64,000 bases of DNA from Carcharhinus longimanus (Eukaryota). The notes under the pieces were generated by a model. The model had not been told where the DNA came from. It ran no database searches and saw only the letters and a program-made list of their open reading frames with translations. Shown piece by piece: positions 35,651 to 49,181 of this stretch. The stretch is taken from the NCBI GenBank assembly GCA_030264375.1, contig JASCQW010000061.1, forward strand, positions 73,836,761-73,900,760, read 5' to 3'. Position numbers and translations under genes: made by a program. How positions within the stretch are numbered: position 1 is the first letter of the stretch; the number at the start of each line of letters is the position of its first letter.

Positions 35651-36269
35651 ACAATATTTCCCATTCTTGCACCTTCCCATCAGTTCCTGTGCTCTCACAC
35701 ATGCATACACATTCTCTTTCTTATATTTTCCTTGTCATTCTTTTTTGGGAAATGTCCTACCCAACCAATTGATTTTATTCTCACTCTGTGTATTTATGTG
35801 TGAAATCTCTGCCAGTGAAATGTGGCAGAAGGTTTCCATTTAGCATGTTCAAGTGTAAACAGGAGAGCATCTCCTCTCTGGATACATCATAAGACATGAG
35901 CAAGGATGATGCACTCGTGTTTAGTGGTATATGAGGAAATTTGCAAGTTAGTTTGTCATGCATTAATCTCAGTCTATGAAAAGCTCACCAATGATGGAAG
36001 TAAATGGTGGCCAGTGACCATAATTCTTCTCGTTATAGTTTAATGGCTGGAAGTGTAAATTTAATATGCTAAAGCTTCACTATTAGTGTCATAGACTGAA
36101 ATCTGATGCGAGGAATAAGAAAGAGTTAGTGCGTCGGCTCAACGCCATGGGAGAGTTTGTGGACAGGGATGGAGTTGTATGTTTTACAGAACTTTTAAGG
36201 TAATATCTTTAAAATGATTATAGAATTCTAGATATTATCTTCATGTATTATAAGCAATAGATAAAAATG

Positions 36270-36746
36270 AGCCAATATAAAACCTTAAGACCTCAGTGTA
36301 CTGGTACAGTGTTCAGCTCCCCGTTACAAGAAGGATATTGAAGCTTTAGGAAAGGTAAAACACATCTGCTGCAATTAGGAAATACAAATACCAAAAAAGA
36401 TTTAAAGGGATGGGTTTCTTTTTCCTTCAAGCAACAAATTACAGGGTGATATAATAGAAGTGTTTAAAATTATGCATTTTAATTGCAGGGTCATAGGCGC
36501 AAGATTGAGTCTTAAAAGATTTGGATCCGAGGACACACAAAGAGATCTGAGGCTCTGGAATTTCCTTCCAGAGTCAATGGTTGAGGCAGAAACTCATGCC
36601 AATATCCAATATTAGACTTGAAAAGGATTATGGGAACAGAGTAGCTCAATAAAATTAGAACTTTTTGATTACGTTCAGGATAAAAACCAGTGTGAAGTTT
36701 TTGGGTCAAAGGATCTATTTCCATGCTATAACTTCTTGTGTATTCC
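36270..36746 (+). mobile_element. Old CR1 3' fragment
   Basis: ...RYKKDIEALGKV...GDIIEVFKIM...ctggaatttccttccagag..., ending ataacttcttgtgtattcc. Confidence 0.6.
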
Positions 36747-37614
36747 ACTGTGGTATCTTAATACAGAATAATCATTCAATAACTCATCTTTTCTGTATAC
36801 TTTGCCCATCAGAATATTTAACCAAATTGCCTCATATGATCATAATGTAAATTCTGTGGGCAGAAATAATATCAGAACCAAAACATCGTTATTTATCCGT
36901 GAAGTTAGCTCTTTTGGGCAAGTGTTCCTTTGGGAATGTCCCATTCGCAGGTGGTCTTGGAACATTGCTCAGAAGAGGAGGAGGTGGTAGAGGCCTGTTT
37001 ACATTCTTGTCCCTCATCCGCTGCCATCAGCATATGTCACCCAGACATTACAATCTCCTGTTTTTTTGTTAACAAAACAAATTGTGGGCCCGTTTAAAAT
37101 AAGTATTTTACAAGCAGAGTTCTGAAGTCATTGGTACAAAAATGATTGTGAGTGGACTCATTTTTTTAGTCAATATTTTGTTCAGGGGATTATAAAGAAG
37201 TACCTAATTTTTCATATTGCTGTGAAGGTCTTTGAATTTAACATCTGCATTCAAAACTGTGTTTTTTTCTGAGGACTAGGGAAGGCCTAAAAACAATTGT
37301 ACACCTATTGAAAGTTCCCTTTACTAATTTTAAATTGCATTATGTCCTCCTAATTGATAACTAATTATAGGGAATCCAGTAAATAGGCAAATGGTACACC
37401 TCTGGGAAGAATTAATTCTTTTTAATTATAATTTTTTTGGTAAAATATGCAGAGTAAATGTTGCAAACTGAAATATGGAGGGACTGTCACTGAGTCAATG
37501 GGTGAGCATATACGAGAGAACTGCAAAGACTCACACTTTGGGGGTGTGGCACGCTAATTTCAAGTGGACTACACAATTTATGAACTAACTTGTGATTTAA
37601 TAATAGATGATAAT

Positions 37615-37840
37615 TATATTTATATAATGCCTTATCCCTTCACTAATTGTTTTTAAAATGCGATGACTCTTGTTACGGAAGCAAACATGGCACCTGTTGT
37701 ATCCCAGAAATATCAATGAGGTGAATGGTGAGCTGATTGGTTTTCTGACTAACTTCAGTTGAGGGAAAAATGTTGGCTATGATATTGGGATAACTCCATG
37801 GTCTTTTTTTAATGGAGCCAGGAGATCTTTAATGCCTAGA
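37615..37840 (-). mobile_element. Deu-domain SINE fragment
   Basis: atttatataatgcctt...gttgagggaaaaatgttggc...gagatctttaatg is the reverse complement of the family body and tail. Confidence 0.55.
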
Positions 37841-40291
37841 AGAAGCAATGGGCTCATGCCACTCTCCCACTGCAGCAAGGTCGGAGAATTTGGCAGTCAG
37901 CCAAATTTCCCATCACTGGAGTGGGATGGGAAAATCCTGCCAGTGTAAACAGTGATAAGATTCCACCAATGTAACAGTTAGACAAAATGTCACACATTCA
38001 ATAAAGCTAAGGATAAATACTTGCACAACATAACTTTTCTAAGATTCAGACTGTAGGTATTGTTTTCCAACTTCCCATTCCTAGTCGGAAGCCTCATTTG
38101 CCAGACGTATGTATCAGAATTTATAGTGCTTACGGCAAATAATTTTAAACTATTTTTATGGTTAAAATTTATGCATTACATACATCAGAGCTTTTGATAA
38201 TGCTTTCCTTATCAAGAATACAACGTGAAAAAATTATCTCTTGATTGTCTTGTTTAATCAATAAATACATAAATTTCCCTAATAGCTCACAAGTCATTTA
38301 AACTCAAGCTGCATTCAAACAGTCTGGATGTTAGTTGTGGAGGAATTTCCTAATCATAATGTTGAATGTCTTAACCTTATTGGCTGCTTTTACTTCTATA
38401 TTGAATGAATTTAAAATAGGACATGCTCGGGCAAATGTGATTGAAGAAAGAATCTGCATTTGCTACATTGAGTGATTAAACTCCACTCTTTTAACTTTAT
38501 TCCTATTTCTGATGTGTTCAGATTTAGATACCTAAATGTCTGAGCTTCATCACACTGTTTCACAAGGTCTTTAATGTAGCTTCATATAGTTTTTAGCATA
38601 GTCAGCCCTCTGGTTAACTTGTTACCTTGGAACTATGTTTCACTTGGAACGATAGTCGCCTTTTCTGCCCCAATCCAAAATTAACTTTGGCAGTGTCAAC
38701 CCAATTGCTTGTGACTGTGAGTCTGCAGCACAAAACTAAGTGTAATTTGGCATAAATTGGTATTCATAGCCAAAGTTAACGGTTAAAATAAAGTTGGCTC
38801 TTATGAGCAGTAAATAAATTAATGTTTGTGGAGTTGGGAGTGCTCTTTTGAGCTTGGAGTGAAGGCTCATTGTCACAGAGAATAGAGAGACCTTTAATCT
38901 ACACCTGACCTGGGGGTGCTTGATTTGACACTTGTGCCTGAAGTGGAAAAGTGCTCCTCTCCACTGATGGCTCTCTCCCAATGCACACAAAAGTTACTAC
39001 CAAATACATCAAGGAAGTCTTTATGATGTAACACTATATCTATGCCTAAGGATGACAGTGAGTCAGTCACAACTTGCCACTGGTCAACTTTTTAAAAAAT
39101 TGTTCTTCAGGTAGTGGCCAGGCTCACATTTATTTTATAGTTGTCTCTTTTTTTAAAATCACTCTAATCCCCAAGAGATGTATTTTATTTTTGCATCACT
39201 GCCAACTCGTTCAATACATTTACTTAATTTTGTGTACAGATAAATTGGTGGTCAGCTTGGCTAATTTAGATTGGATAGTGCACTTAAATAAATGTGAACC
39301 GAAGGCTGGCTATAGAGAATGTTGTAATAATGGTGGCTATATATTTTTAAAAAGCATTTAAAACAGAAGATTGACCTGTGGTTTTTATCCACCACCACCA
39401 CAAGTTTTGAATTGAGACTTTTTAAATGATGTTTTATAGCAGTTGATTAATACCCCAATGTTGTAATAGCACTGCAACTTCCTTTAAACATCTTGCACAA
39501 ACCTTTACTTAAGATTTGAGTTACGTTAAAAGTATATATTTAACAGTATTCCTAGAGCAACTCTTCATCCCTCTTTCCTTTTATTTAAAAGCTCTATTGT
39601 GTGTAACCTTTTCTTGCTTCATATTAACTTCATCACCATCTGCGGTTGAGAGCTCTGTACCCACAAGTGGTAGTTAACCTATTAGGCCAACTGTATGGCC
39701 TATTTAAATCATTTAATAGAAGTCAACTGGAAATTGGTTGGTTTGAAAGCCCCTCCCTGAGGCTGAAACAGAGCTAGGAGATGGAGGCAGACTCCTGGCA
39801 GTAGACTGAGGTCAGGGGATTGGGATGTGGAGGGACAGCACTCTATCCTACCAGGGACATACCCTACCACTGTCATGGCCATCAGCCAACAGCTTCACCC
39901 ACTGGCCTCCCGTGTGAAGCACCATCTCTCTTGTCTGCATGTGACATTGGGTCTTGAATTGGACAGCAAATGTGTCCCCTGGCCACGGATTAGCTATCCC
40001 ACATTGTGTGTCTGACATCAGTGTGACATTGAGTTGGGTCCCAGAAATTTACCTGATGTCAGGGTTATAACCCAAAAACAAAAATCCAATCTGCAAAGTC
40101 GAGGGAGACAGAACCAGAAGATTTTGGGTGAATGTTTTAATCACTGGATATGAAGAGCTGCTCAGCATTGCAAATGAACAAGGAAGGAAAACAAGTTGCT
40201 GATGAAGTTAACGTGGAACATGAGAAGGTGCATCTATCAAAGGTTTTAAGTAAAGGATGGAGGGAGCCAAGGAAAGGTAACTTACGCAGCT

Positions 40292-40570
40292 GACAGTAAC
40301 ATAGTGGTATTGTCACTGGACTAGTAATCCAGAGACTCAGGGCACTGCTCTGGGGAATCAGGTCCGAATCCTGCCACAGCAGAAAATTGAATGCAATAAA
40401 AAAAATCTGGAGTGAAACCATTGTCAATTGTTGTAAACACCCATCTGCTTCGCTGATGTCCTTTAGTGGAGGAACTCTGCTATACATACCTGGTCTAGGC
40501 CATGTGACTCCAGATGCACAGCAATGTGGCTGACTCTCAACTTAAAAGAGCAAAGATGGGAATGACAATA
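40292..40570 (+). mobile_element. tRNA-derived SINE of the 23815/56955 family
   Basis: tagtggtattgtcactggactagtaatccagag...gaatcctgccac...cccatctgcttcgctgatgtcctttag...gtgactccag. Confidence 0.8.
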
Positions 40571-40587
40571 ATACAAATCCACCTTTA

Positions 40588-41488
40588 AAAAAAAAACCCA
40601 TACCTGACCCATTTGGTCTTTCCAACTACCAATCCATCTGTAGCTTTAATTTCCTCTCAATTCTACAAACATGCCATAATTATCCTTTTCCAGACCAATA
40701 TTTCTCAAAAGTCCCTATTTGTAATTTGTCGACTAATTTTCACCAATTCTGTCCTTTTCCAGCCTCCAATCCTTCACCCTCCATAAAGTCCACATATCCA
40801 AGTTTTAGCTGCCTGTCTTCTCTAGTTTTTCATCTTTGTTCTGGGAGTTGGCTGCATTACGAACAATCTTCCTCCACTGGTCTAAATTCTCTGCTACCCT
40901 CGCTGCCTGTCCCAGAGAGAGGTCAGTCCACTGATATTATCCATCCATGCCATCTTGGGTCTTCCTTGTGCATGTTTTCCAGGTTTTTTGCCTTGCTTTA
41001 CTTCTTTCTAAACACTTCTCTCCTGTTTGTGTCCAAAGCCTCCTGTATCCTTGGTCAAACTAAATCCTGCATATTACACCCCCAGATGATTTACAGTGGG
41101 TACTGTCCCACCACATTGTTCTATTTATGATCTTTTTCCTTGTCTTTAAATCTCTCCATGGCTTCATCCAGCCTCCTCCAGCCACATGTCCTCTCCAGCA
41201 CACTTTCTCCTCCAATTCCTGCATCCCCACTTTCTTCACCCCACCACTGGTGACAGAGTAACAGAGCCTTCAGCTGACCTTAAGCTGCTCATTGTATTTT
41301 CTTCCCTCCACCTCTTTGCCCCTTCTACTTGCCAACCTTTGAGATATCTTGCCAACACCCACCTTCCCATTCAAGTATTCAGTGGTGTGATACTTTTGCA
41401 ATAGCTTGGTATCCATTCCTTTCTCCCTTTTTTTTTAAATGTACAATTATCTACTAAAGGTGTTAGGAAATTGCAAGTTATCGTTGAA
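40588..41488 (+). mobile_element. Decayed L2-clade LINE fragments
   Basis: KKPIPDPFGLSNYQSICSFNFLS (L2 KK..LDP..L.NYRPIS.L.FLS motif), a pyrimidine-rich 3' region, and the tail aaattgcaagttatcgttg. Confidence 0.55.
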
Positions 41489-44039
41489 TATGTTTTTACT
41501 CTCTTCTAAGCTTGCCTTCTCCACCTTCTTGGCTCCCAGTACAAGTTCCTCTTTTGACCTGTCAAGTCTGAAACAATATGGGCCGTACATCGCTTCGTCT
41601 CTCCACAGCTACTGTTGATACAACTCTATGATAGGTTAAAGGAGATGACTCCCTTTCAGGCCAAGACAAATTATGGCAGTTTTTTTTCTTTTCTGAAAGA
41701 TTGGTATCTACTTATATGTAGTGCTCCACCTAGTGCTGCAGCACAGAACTTGGTCAGCGAGGTAAATTACCCTGATTGCCGTTTAAAACTGGGATTAGAA
41801 TCTATGCAATTTATAGTTGGAAAACCCAGATTCTGCTAATACTGGCCAAACCATTTCTTTCATTTAGTTGTTTTGTTGGATATAAAGTGGCTTTCAGCCA
41901 GTCCAGTTTCTCTCTGACTAAGTGTTCCTGTGTTTTGGGCTAAGCTTGGAATTCTATTCGAGGATCATTTCTATTAAAAGTGGTTAATGTCACAAATCAG
42001 ACAGTTGGTGCTAGAAAATGTTTTTTTTCATGGATGTATGATGGAAGCATGCAATTTTATTTAAACACCAGAGGACAATAAGACCATTCATCCATGTTTT
42101 TTTTTCCTACTATGGCTTTGAGAAGGTCATCATTTTGTGATCAGTATTTTCCCTGCTTTTCTTTATTTTTTTTGTCACTAATTTATTTCCTCACCTCTGC
42201 TGCTCAAGGTTTGACTCTTTACTGGGTCATGGGTTCCATAAGAGCCAAGTTGCCTCACCTATGAGGACACGAGATCCGACCTTCAGCAAATTATTTAACT
42301 GTGGCAGGTATCGCATTGCGGACATCAACTGACACCATGTCCATCAGTTGCAGCAGGGACCAGTGTATAGTAATCGGAAGTTATGAAATTAAGTTGACTT
42401 TCCTCTCCTAACCTACATTTGCTGAATCCATGTATAATCCCTTGGTTGAAATCAGTTGACCCGAAACAGAATGGGGCTTAAACCTGGAAGGTTTATGCCT
42501 CTATATTGAGCAGTTACTCATCACTTTTACATGTTGAGCTGTCATTAAAGCTAATCTTGTAGTTCACCGAAGACTGCATTTTAAGACCGGATGCTAGTGA
42601 CCACAATCAAAGTGCACAATCTATTCTTTGTGTCCTTGTACTTCATAGTGAACATATTTTAAATGTTCTATTAAACTCCTTCGCCTAAGTGAGTAGGTAT
42701 TGCCTTCTGTGACATGTTCTAATCAGTTCCGCTTGTCTTCTGTAATCAACTCATTTTGATGCTGGGATAAGGAGCAGCCTCTGCTCATCGGTCTAATGTG
42801 TACTCATAAGAAAAAAATCCAGACAGATAACAAAAGCAATATGTTTTTTAATGAATGCTCAGCCATTATAGGGCGGGTTTGTCTTTGCAGTGACACAAAG
42901 GCCAAAGCACTCGGTCACCAGGAGCACTTTGATGGTATATAGAATAGCCTGTTTTGCGATTGCTTAAAATGTGAGCCTCCTTTGCTCGTGTTGAAGAAAA
43001 ATAAATAAATCCTTGTACACGTTCACTGATTATAAAGCCTCTCATTGTATAGGCATTTGCATGAAGAACACTCCTATCATCCAAAAAACAACAGGCTATA
43101 TGAAGACGTAAAGCAAAAGTATGCTCCTTTACGGAGAATCTTGGTCATTGTGCTAGAACCTGTCGCACCAATAATGTAACATTACACCCATCCCTGCAGA
43201 ATAAATGGTGGCTGGCTTGTAGTATATGCTTGCATTGTGTCATTGTTGATGGATTTTGTTATGACTGAAGAACATCCAAGTGCTGCCACTGCATGTTTGA
43301 AAACGGGTTTAAACTCCTGAAGCTCCCTTTTGTGAGTGAGATCTCAGTCTTAGTCCAGCAAACTCTGGTATCACCAGGTAGAGAATGGCATTTCTTATGA
43401 GAGAGGGAGAGAAATTTTTTTGGGGGATCCACAAAATGATTTTGCTGAGCTCTAGGCATTTGAAAGATTATTAGTATTTCAACGATGTAAATACAATGCC
43501 ACAGTTTGGAGCATGAGGTAGTAAAAAATAATTCAACTCATGGCATTGCAAGGTGCAAAACCTGTTTCCAATCACCCTCACCACACCAGCAGACAGTACT
43601 TTTCCTGTTCTACAATTGTCGACTTAAGGGCTAACTTAGTTCCTATTCCTCATGATGCCAGGTGCTGCAATAATATTGAAAGACACAGGACAATGAAGTT
43701 CAATAGCAGTGTGTCCACTTCCAAATGCAAAACAGTCACTCCAGAGCTTGATATTGTGGGCAGCATATGGATTCTCATTTCACACACAAAATGCCTGGCT
43801 TGCTATTTCTGAATTCTACACAGGCTCCTGGGACCTTTACTTGCTTAAATGCAGATAAGGGGCATAATGCCTGTTTGAAGCCCCCTCTCAAAATAGTTCA
43901 CACCTGACTGCATCAAGCATCTTGTGTTAATATTCTTGGGTGCTTGGCAGTCAAAATAGCACAAGAAGGCATGCAAAAGTTGGTCAGCATTGTTAATGAA
44001 GAATCAAACATTGGTGTTGCACAGCTTTACAGGGAGAGG

Positions 44040-44420
44040 GAGGAGAAAGATTGGGAAAGCAATAGTGAAGAGGGGTTTTATGGTTAGGGGGTCAATCAAG
44101 TGTTTCTGTGGTCATAGACCTGGTTCCAGGATGGTATATTGCCCTCCTGATGCCAGGGTCCAGGCTATCACTGAACAGTTGCAGCACATTCTGAGGGAAG
44201 TACCAGAGGTCAGAGTCCATTTTGGCACCTACAATTTGAACAGAAAGAAGGATGAAGTCCTTTAGCCATTATTTAGGGAGCTAGGAAGGAGATAGGTTCT
44301 GGGAAGATTTGATATACACAGGTTGGATGGGCTGTATCTCAGTAGGATTGAAACCAATGTCTCCATGGGACAGTTTATTAAGGTTGAGGGGGAATATTTA
44401 AAATAATTTTGCAGGGGGAT
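44040..44420 (+). mobile_element. CR1 ORF1 (SGNH/GDSL esterase-like) fragment
   Basis: AIVKRGFMVRG...FCGHRPGSRMVYCPPDARV...VHFGTYNL corresponds to the CR1 ORF1 motifs IGDSIVRG...CCLPGARV...VHIGTNDI. Confidence 0.75.
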
Positions 44421-44569
44421 TGAAACAGTGATGTGACATTAGGAAAGAGAAACAAGATGCATGAAGGATTGGGAGATTTAGATAAGACTACAGGAAGAAT
44501 GGCCACCACTCGCCCATGCCTGATTGTCTTCAGAGAGTCAACAGTAACTTGTATTAATATAGTACTTTA

Positions 44570-44945
44570 AGCATAACATACTTCCAACATAAAAATTCTG
44601 AAGATGGTCCACTGTTGCTTAATCAGACACTGAATGACATAAGACAGCATTAGGGAAAATGGCTGAAAGCTTCTTCATTAGAGGTAGCATTTTAGAAACA
44701 TCTTAAAGGAAGAAAGCAAGGTGGGAAGGGAGGAGGTTTAGGGTGGGAATTCCAAAGCTTAGGGTCAAAGCTGCTGCAGGCATGGCCACAAATGGTGAAG
44801 CAATTACAATTGGATTCTCGAGATCAGAATCGTATGAGTGCAGGTATGATGGAGACTTATGAGGCTGGGGGAGGTTACAGAGATGGAGAAAGGTTTACCC
44901 ATGGAAGGACTTGAAAACAAGGCTTATGTTTTAACATTGTGTTGC
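44570..44945 (-). mobile_element. L2-clade LINE 3' region
   Basis: ggaggtttagggtgggaattccaaagcttaggg...gctgggggaggttacagagatgg...ccatggaaggacttgaaaacaagg is the reverse complement of an L2 C-terminal region. Confidence 0.6.
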
Positions 44946-45099
44946 TTGACCCACTTTCTGTCATTAATTGGCTCAAAGAAAATGGTAACTAAATTCTGGG
45001 CTCCATGCCAGCTATTTTCCGAATAAAGATTTTCTGCCATAGGGTAGTAAGGGACAGGTCTCTGTCTGTTCTTCCTCTTATGCACCTGATCCAGTGGTT

Positions 45100-45484
45100 C
45101 ACCCAAAATCAGAAAGGTGTGGGTCCACAACTTGAGAAACAAAATCTAGGTTGATACTCCAATGAAGCGCTGAGGGACAGCTGTAATGTCATGGGTACTA
45201 TCTTTCAGATGAGGTGGTAAACTGAGGCCCCATCTTCCCTTGCAGATGTAAACAGAAAATCCCATAGCATTAAACTAAAGATGACCAAGAATAGTGCTAG
45301 CTAATACTTATCCTTCGGTGAACATCATTCAAAGAAATAGATTGGTCTTTGTCACAATGCTGTTTGTGGCAGATTGGTGTGTTAAAATTGGCTGCTGCAT
45401 TACAACAAGGACTAGACTTCAAAGATACTTCACTGACTAAAGGGATATCCTGATGTTGCAAGAGAGGATATATAAAGCAAGTTT
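45100..45484 (+). mobile_element. Deu-domain SINE (SacSINE1-like), near full length
   Basis: ctgagggacagctg...ctttcagatgaggtggtaaactgaggcccc...atcccatagca...tgctgtttgtgg...aaattggctgc...cttcaaagatacttca...tatataaagcaagttt. Confidence 0.75.
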
Positions 45485-46204
45485 AGGGCCTTCATGTCAC
45501 ACTTGCCAGTAAATCTTTAAATTGGGCTCTTATTTCTGACCAAACAGTAGTGCATGAGGCAAGAAAGTCTACAAAAGTAACATAAAAATTTAGCAATTAA
45601 TTGTTTTCTAAAATTGCAAGAAAAGAAAATGGGATAGAACTGTGAAACAGTTTTGTATTACATTGTAGAGGGGCTTACAAGGACAATTTTGAATCTGTAG
45701 AGCCAGTGATGGCTTTGGTCCTGAAGGGTTCAGAATTTGCCAAATAAAATGGGTCACCTGCTTGCAGGAGCTGGGTGCCACCCTGCCTAAGGACAGAAAA
45801 TAGCGGTTGCTTAAACTCCCTCAATATAGAGGATATTACAACCATACAATCTTGTAGTCTGGCTGTGACACATGGACCCCACTGACAGCTATCAAGAAAG
45901 GAAACTCAATAATTTTTCAGCCTCACTGTTCGTGCCACTTTCTGGGCTACTGATAAAAGGAAAAGAACCACAAAGCTGGCAGTCCCGACAAAGGCATATT
46001 TCCCACATTATGTTGGTACTCATCATGCAGAGACAACCTGGTTGGCTCAAAACATTTGCAGGATGGAAGACACTCACCTTCCCAAAGATTTTCAGTATCC
46101 TAATGGATTTCATTTGCTGCATATCCATCATCTGTATAGATAGAAAAATGCTGACAACTTGATGGCAACCAGGATGGAGAAAAAAACTGTCCATTACCTC
46201 TTGT

Positions 46205-46570
46205 GGCACAGCACGGTAGCACAGTGGTTAGCACTACTGCTATACAGCTCCAGGGAACTGGGTTCGATTCTCGTCTTGGGTCATTGTCTGTGTGGAGTTT
46301 GCACATTCTCCTCGTGTCTGTGTGGGTTTCCTCCGGGTGCTCCAGTTTCCTCCCACAGTCCNNNNNNNGGTTTCCTCCCACAGTCCAAAGATGTGTGGGT
46401 TAGGTTGATTGGCCATGCTAAATTGCCCCTTAGTGTCCTGAGATGTGTAGGTTAGAGGATTAGTGGGTAAATATGTAGGATGTGAGGGTAGGGCCTGGGT
46501 GAGATTGTGGTCAGTGCAGACTCGATGGGCCAAATGGCCTCTTTCTGCACTGTAGGGTATTTAATGATCT
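46205..46570 (+). mobile_element. HE1-type V-SINE, type A tail (contains a 7-N gap)
   Basis: cacggtagcacagtggttagcact...gggttcgattc...V domain...gactcgatgggccaaatggcctctttctgcactgtaggg. Confidence 0.93.
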
Positions 46571-47552
46571 TCCCTAGTAAAGTTGGATGTTTGGCCCAGA
46601 CAAATGTGTACAGTGTTACAGCATGCTGTACCATTCAATCGATTGGAAGGAATTAACAGGAACAAGTTATATATGTTTGTGCAGTGATATTAAAACAGGG
46701 TCAGAATAACCGTACACAAACTAATAAAATGATGTACAATATTTACAGATACAGGTAACCTGAATGCAAACAACCTGTCGAAGCAGACACACACGAGATC
46801 AGATCATTTAATATTGGGGTTGCTTACACCTCAGGTTATATCTTTTAAAATTGTTATGAACATGTGTTCAGTAGTAAGTGAAGAATCCAAAGGGTATTCA
46901 GTTGACCCTCTCTTCCACAGGTGGCTTTAGAAAAAGAATATCTTGTTAGCACAAAATACACTTGAAAAGATGGGATAACGAGCTTTGGCTTTCCAGTGGC
47001 AGATGGGAAAAGCTCCATGCAAAAACTTCCAAGTATAGATAGCCCAAAAAATGAATCATCATCTAAAACACATGTAAATAGATCAGGGGCACCCTGGGAT
47101 TGGTTTTGAAAGTTCCCAAGTTCCAAATTCAGCTGATTCAAGTTACGAGTGTTCTGGGTGCGTGACAGCCGTTTGAGGCATCCTCCAGAAATCTCCTTGC
47201 ATTCAATAGCTAGGCTACCTCTGAGTAGAATTGCAATAACTTGGAAACATGGTGCTGGCTTATTCTTTCCTCCAAAATGTTAGAAAAACAAATTTAGAAC
47301 TAATTATGTTACGATGGGCTTGCGAAAATTAAATGTTACTTGAATAAGTATTTTTACCGTTAAGGCTGTGTATGTGCATGCGTATATGGTGCCTTAACTG
47401 GAAGATGCAGCAAAAGCATTGTGGTTATGGAAAGTCATTTTGGTTTTAATGTGTACATCAAGGTCTTTGGTGCTTCAATGTATCTTCAGTCGTCCGTTTT
47501 GTCCAATTACAATTACAAAACAGTTTTTGTTTTGGGTTCAGGACTACTTCTC

Positions 47553-47749
47553 GTAGAGTCAGAGAATCTCCATAGTGCAGGTAGACGCCATTCAGTCCGT
47601 TGAGCCTATACAATCCCTCCCAAGCCCTATTCCTGTAACCCCAGGTATTTCTGCTGCTCGACCCCTGATACTAAGGGTCAATTTAGTATGGTTAATCAAC
47701 CTCACCCGCACATTTTTGGAGTGTGGGAGGAAACCAGAGCACCTGGAGG
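47553..47749 (-). mobile_element. HE1-type V-SINE, type A tail, 5'-truncated
   Basis: Reverse complement of the tail and part of the V domain (tgtgggaggaaaccagagcacctggagg). Confidence 0.85.
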
Positions 47750-48888
47750 TGCTGCTGCTGTTCCCTAATCCGACATTACAGTACATATCAACTCAATGTA
47801 ATTTTTCAAAGACTGCACAACTAGTAGACAGGGTACACATTCGTCATTTAATTAAGGATGGTGAGTAGGCTCCTGGGAACATAGGCCATACTGTTAGAAG
47901 TGAGAGCTTCAAATGTGTGTCTGAGAGAGTGTTCTTCAAAATGGAGGAGGCCTCAAAGTAATTTTTAATAAAGATGAAGTTTCTCTCAGCCAAAGCTGCT
48001 GGGAGACCACCCTCTTGCCTCCACCGCTGTGGGGGGCCTTGACTGCTAACAGGAAAATTCCAGTCAGCATCTTCCCGCTCTCTTTTTAATGGTCTTTTAA
48101 AGACTTTAATTGGCAACCCCCCTCCCAACCATCCACTTTTAAAATGGCTTGGAGGCAGGAACATATTGTCATGTCTCTCTTCTGTGCCAGTTTTCCAGCC
48201 TCTGTCACAAATCAAAAGCTCTGCCCGGTATCTTTGTGACAATTAGGTACATTGGAATGTGGGCATGAGGAAAGTTAATAGTCCAGCACGCTAAAACCTT
48301 TTATTATTTTTATTATAGGAAATAGTTTTGTTTATCTTTTGAGTCATTTAGATATCCATGGAGAGAGGGATATTAGTAATGGGAGCTGACTATTTTCATA
48401 TCCATTCTCAGTTTTGCTTTAGATTCACAGTATATTTCTCTATTCTATTTGAATATGCTTGAAGCCACATGTTCAGAGAGCATGCTTCACAGTGACAGAA
48501 AGTTGGAATAGAGAAAAAATATTAAAACAATGATACTTAATGTGGGACAATGCACATTGCTTTCTATATCGGGGGAGAGATGCCGGCGATGGACTAGGGT
48601 GGGCACAGTAAGAAGTCTCACAACACCAACAGGTTTATTTGGGCTGCAGGAATCACCTCGGGCAGGGCAGAAAAGTTGACGGACCAGCAAAAGCAAATTT
48701 CCAGACTGACAAATCCTGCCGATTATTTCAAAAACAGAACTGAAAGAAATTCTGTAAAACATGCATAGTGTAATTCTAAACCTTGGAATCTTAGGTCCTT
48801 AAGGTAGGGCGTAAAAATACATTTCATAACTTGATCTTGTAAATGTTTATCCCTAATCAAAGTTGATAAGACAGATAGTTAGTGGAAT

Positions 48889-49181
48889 GTTTATTTATTG
48901 TCACAAAGAAGTTTACATTGACATTGCAATTAAGTTATTGTGAAAATCCCCTAGTCGCCACACACTGGTGCCTGCTCGGATACACTGAGGGAGAATTTAG
49001 CATGGCCGGTACACCTAACTTGCACGTCTTTCAGATAAACTGGAGCTCACCTGGAGGAAACCCACGCAGACACGAGGAGAACATGCAGATTCCACACAGC
49101 CAGTGACCCAAGCCAGGAATTGAACCTGGGTCCCTGGTGCTGTGAGGCAGCAGTGCTAACCACTGTGCCACCATGCCACCC
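48889..49181 (-). mobile_element. HE1-type V-SINE, type B tail
   Basis: tttatttattgtcacaa...gtgaaaatcccctagtcgccacac...gctgtgaggcagcagtgctaaccactgtgccaccatgccaccc. Confidence 0.9.
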
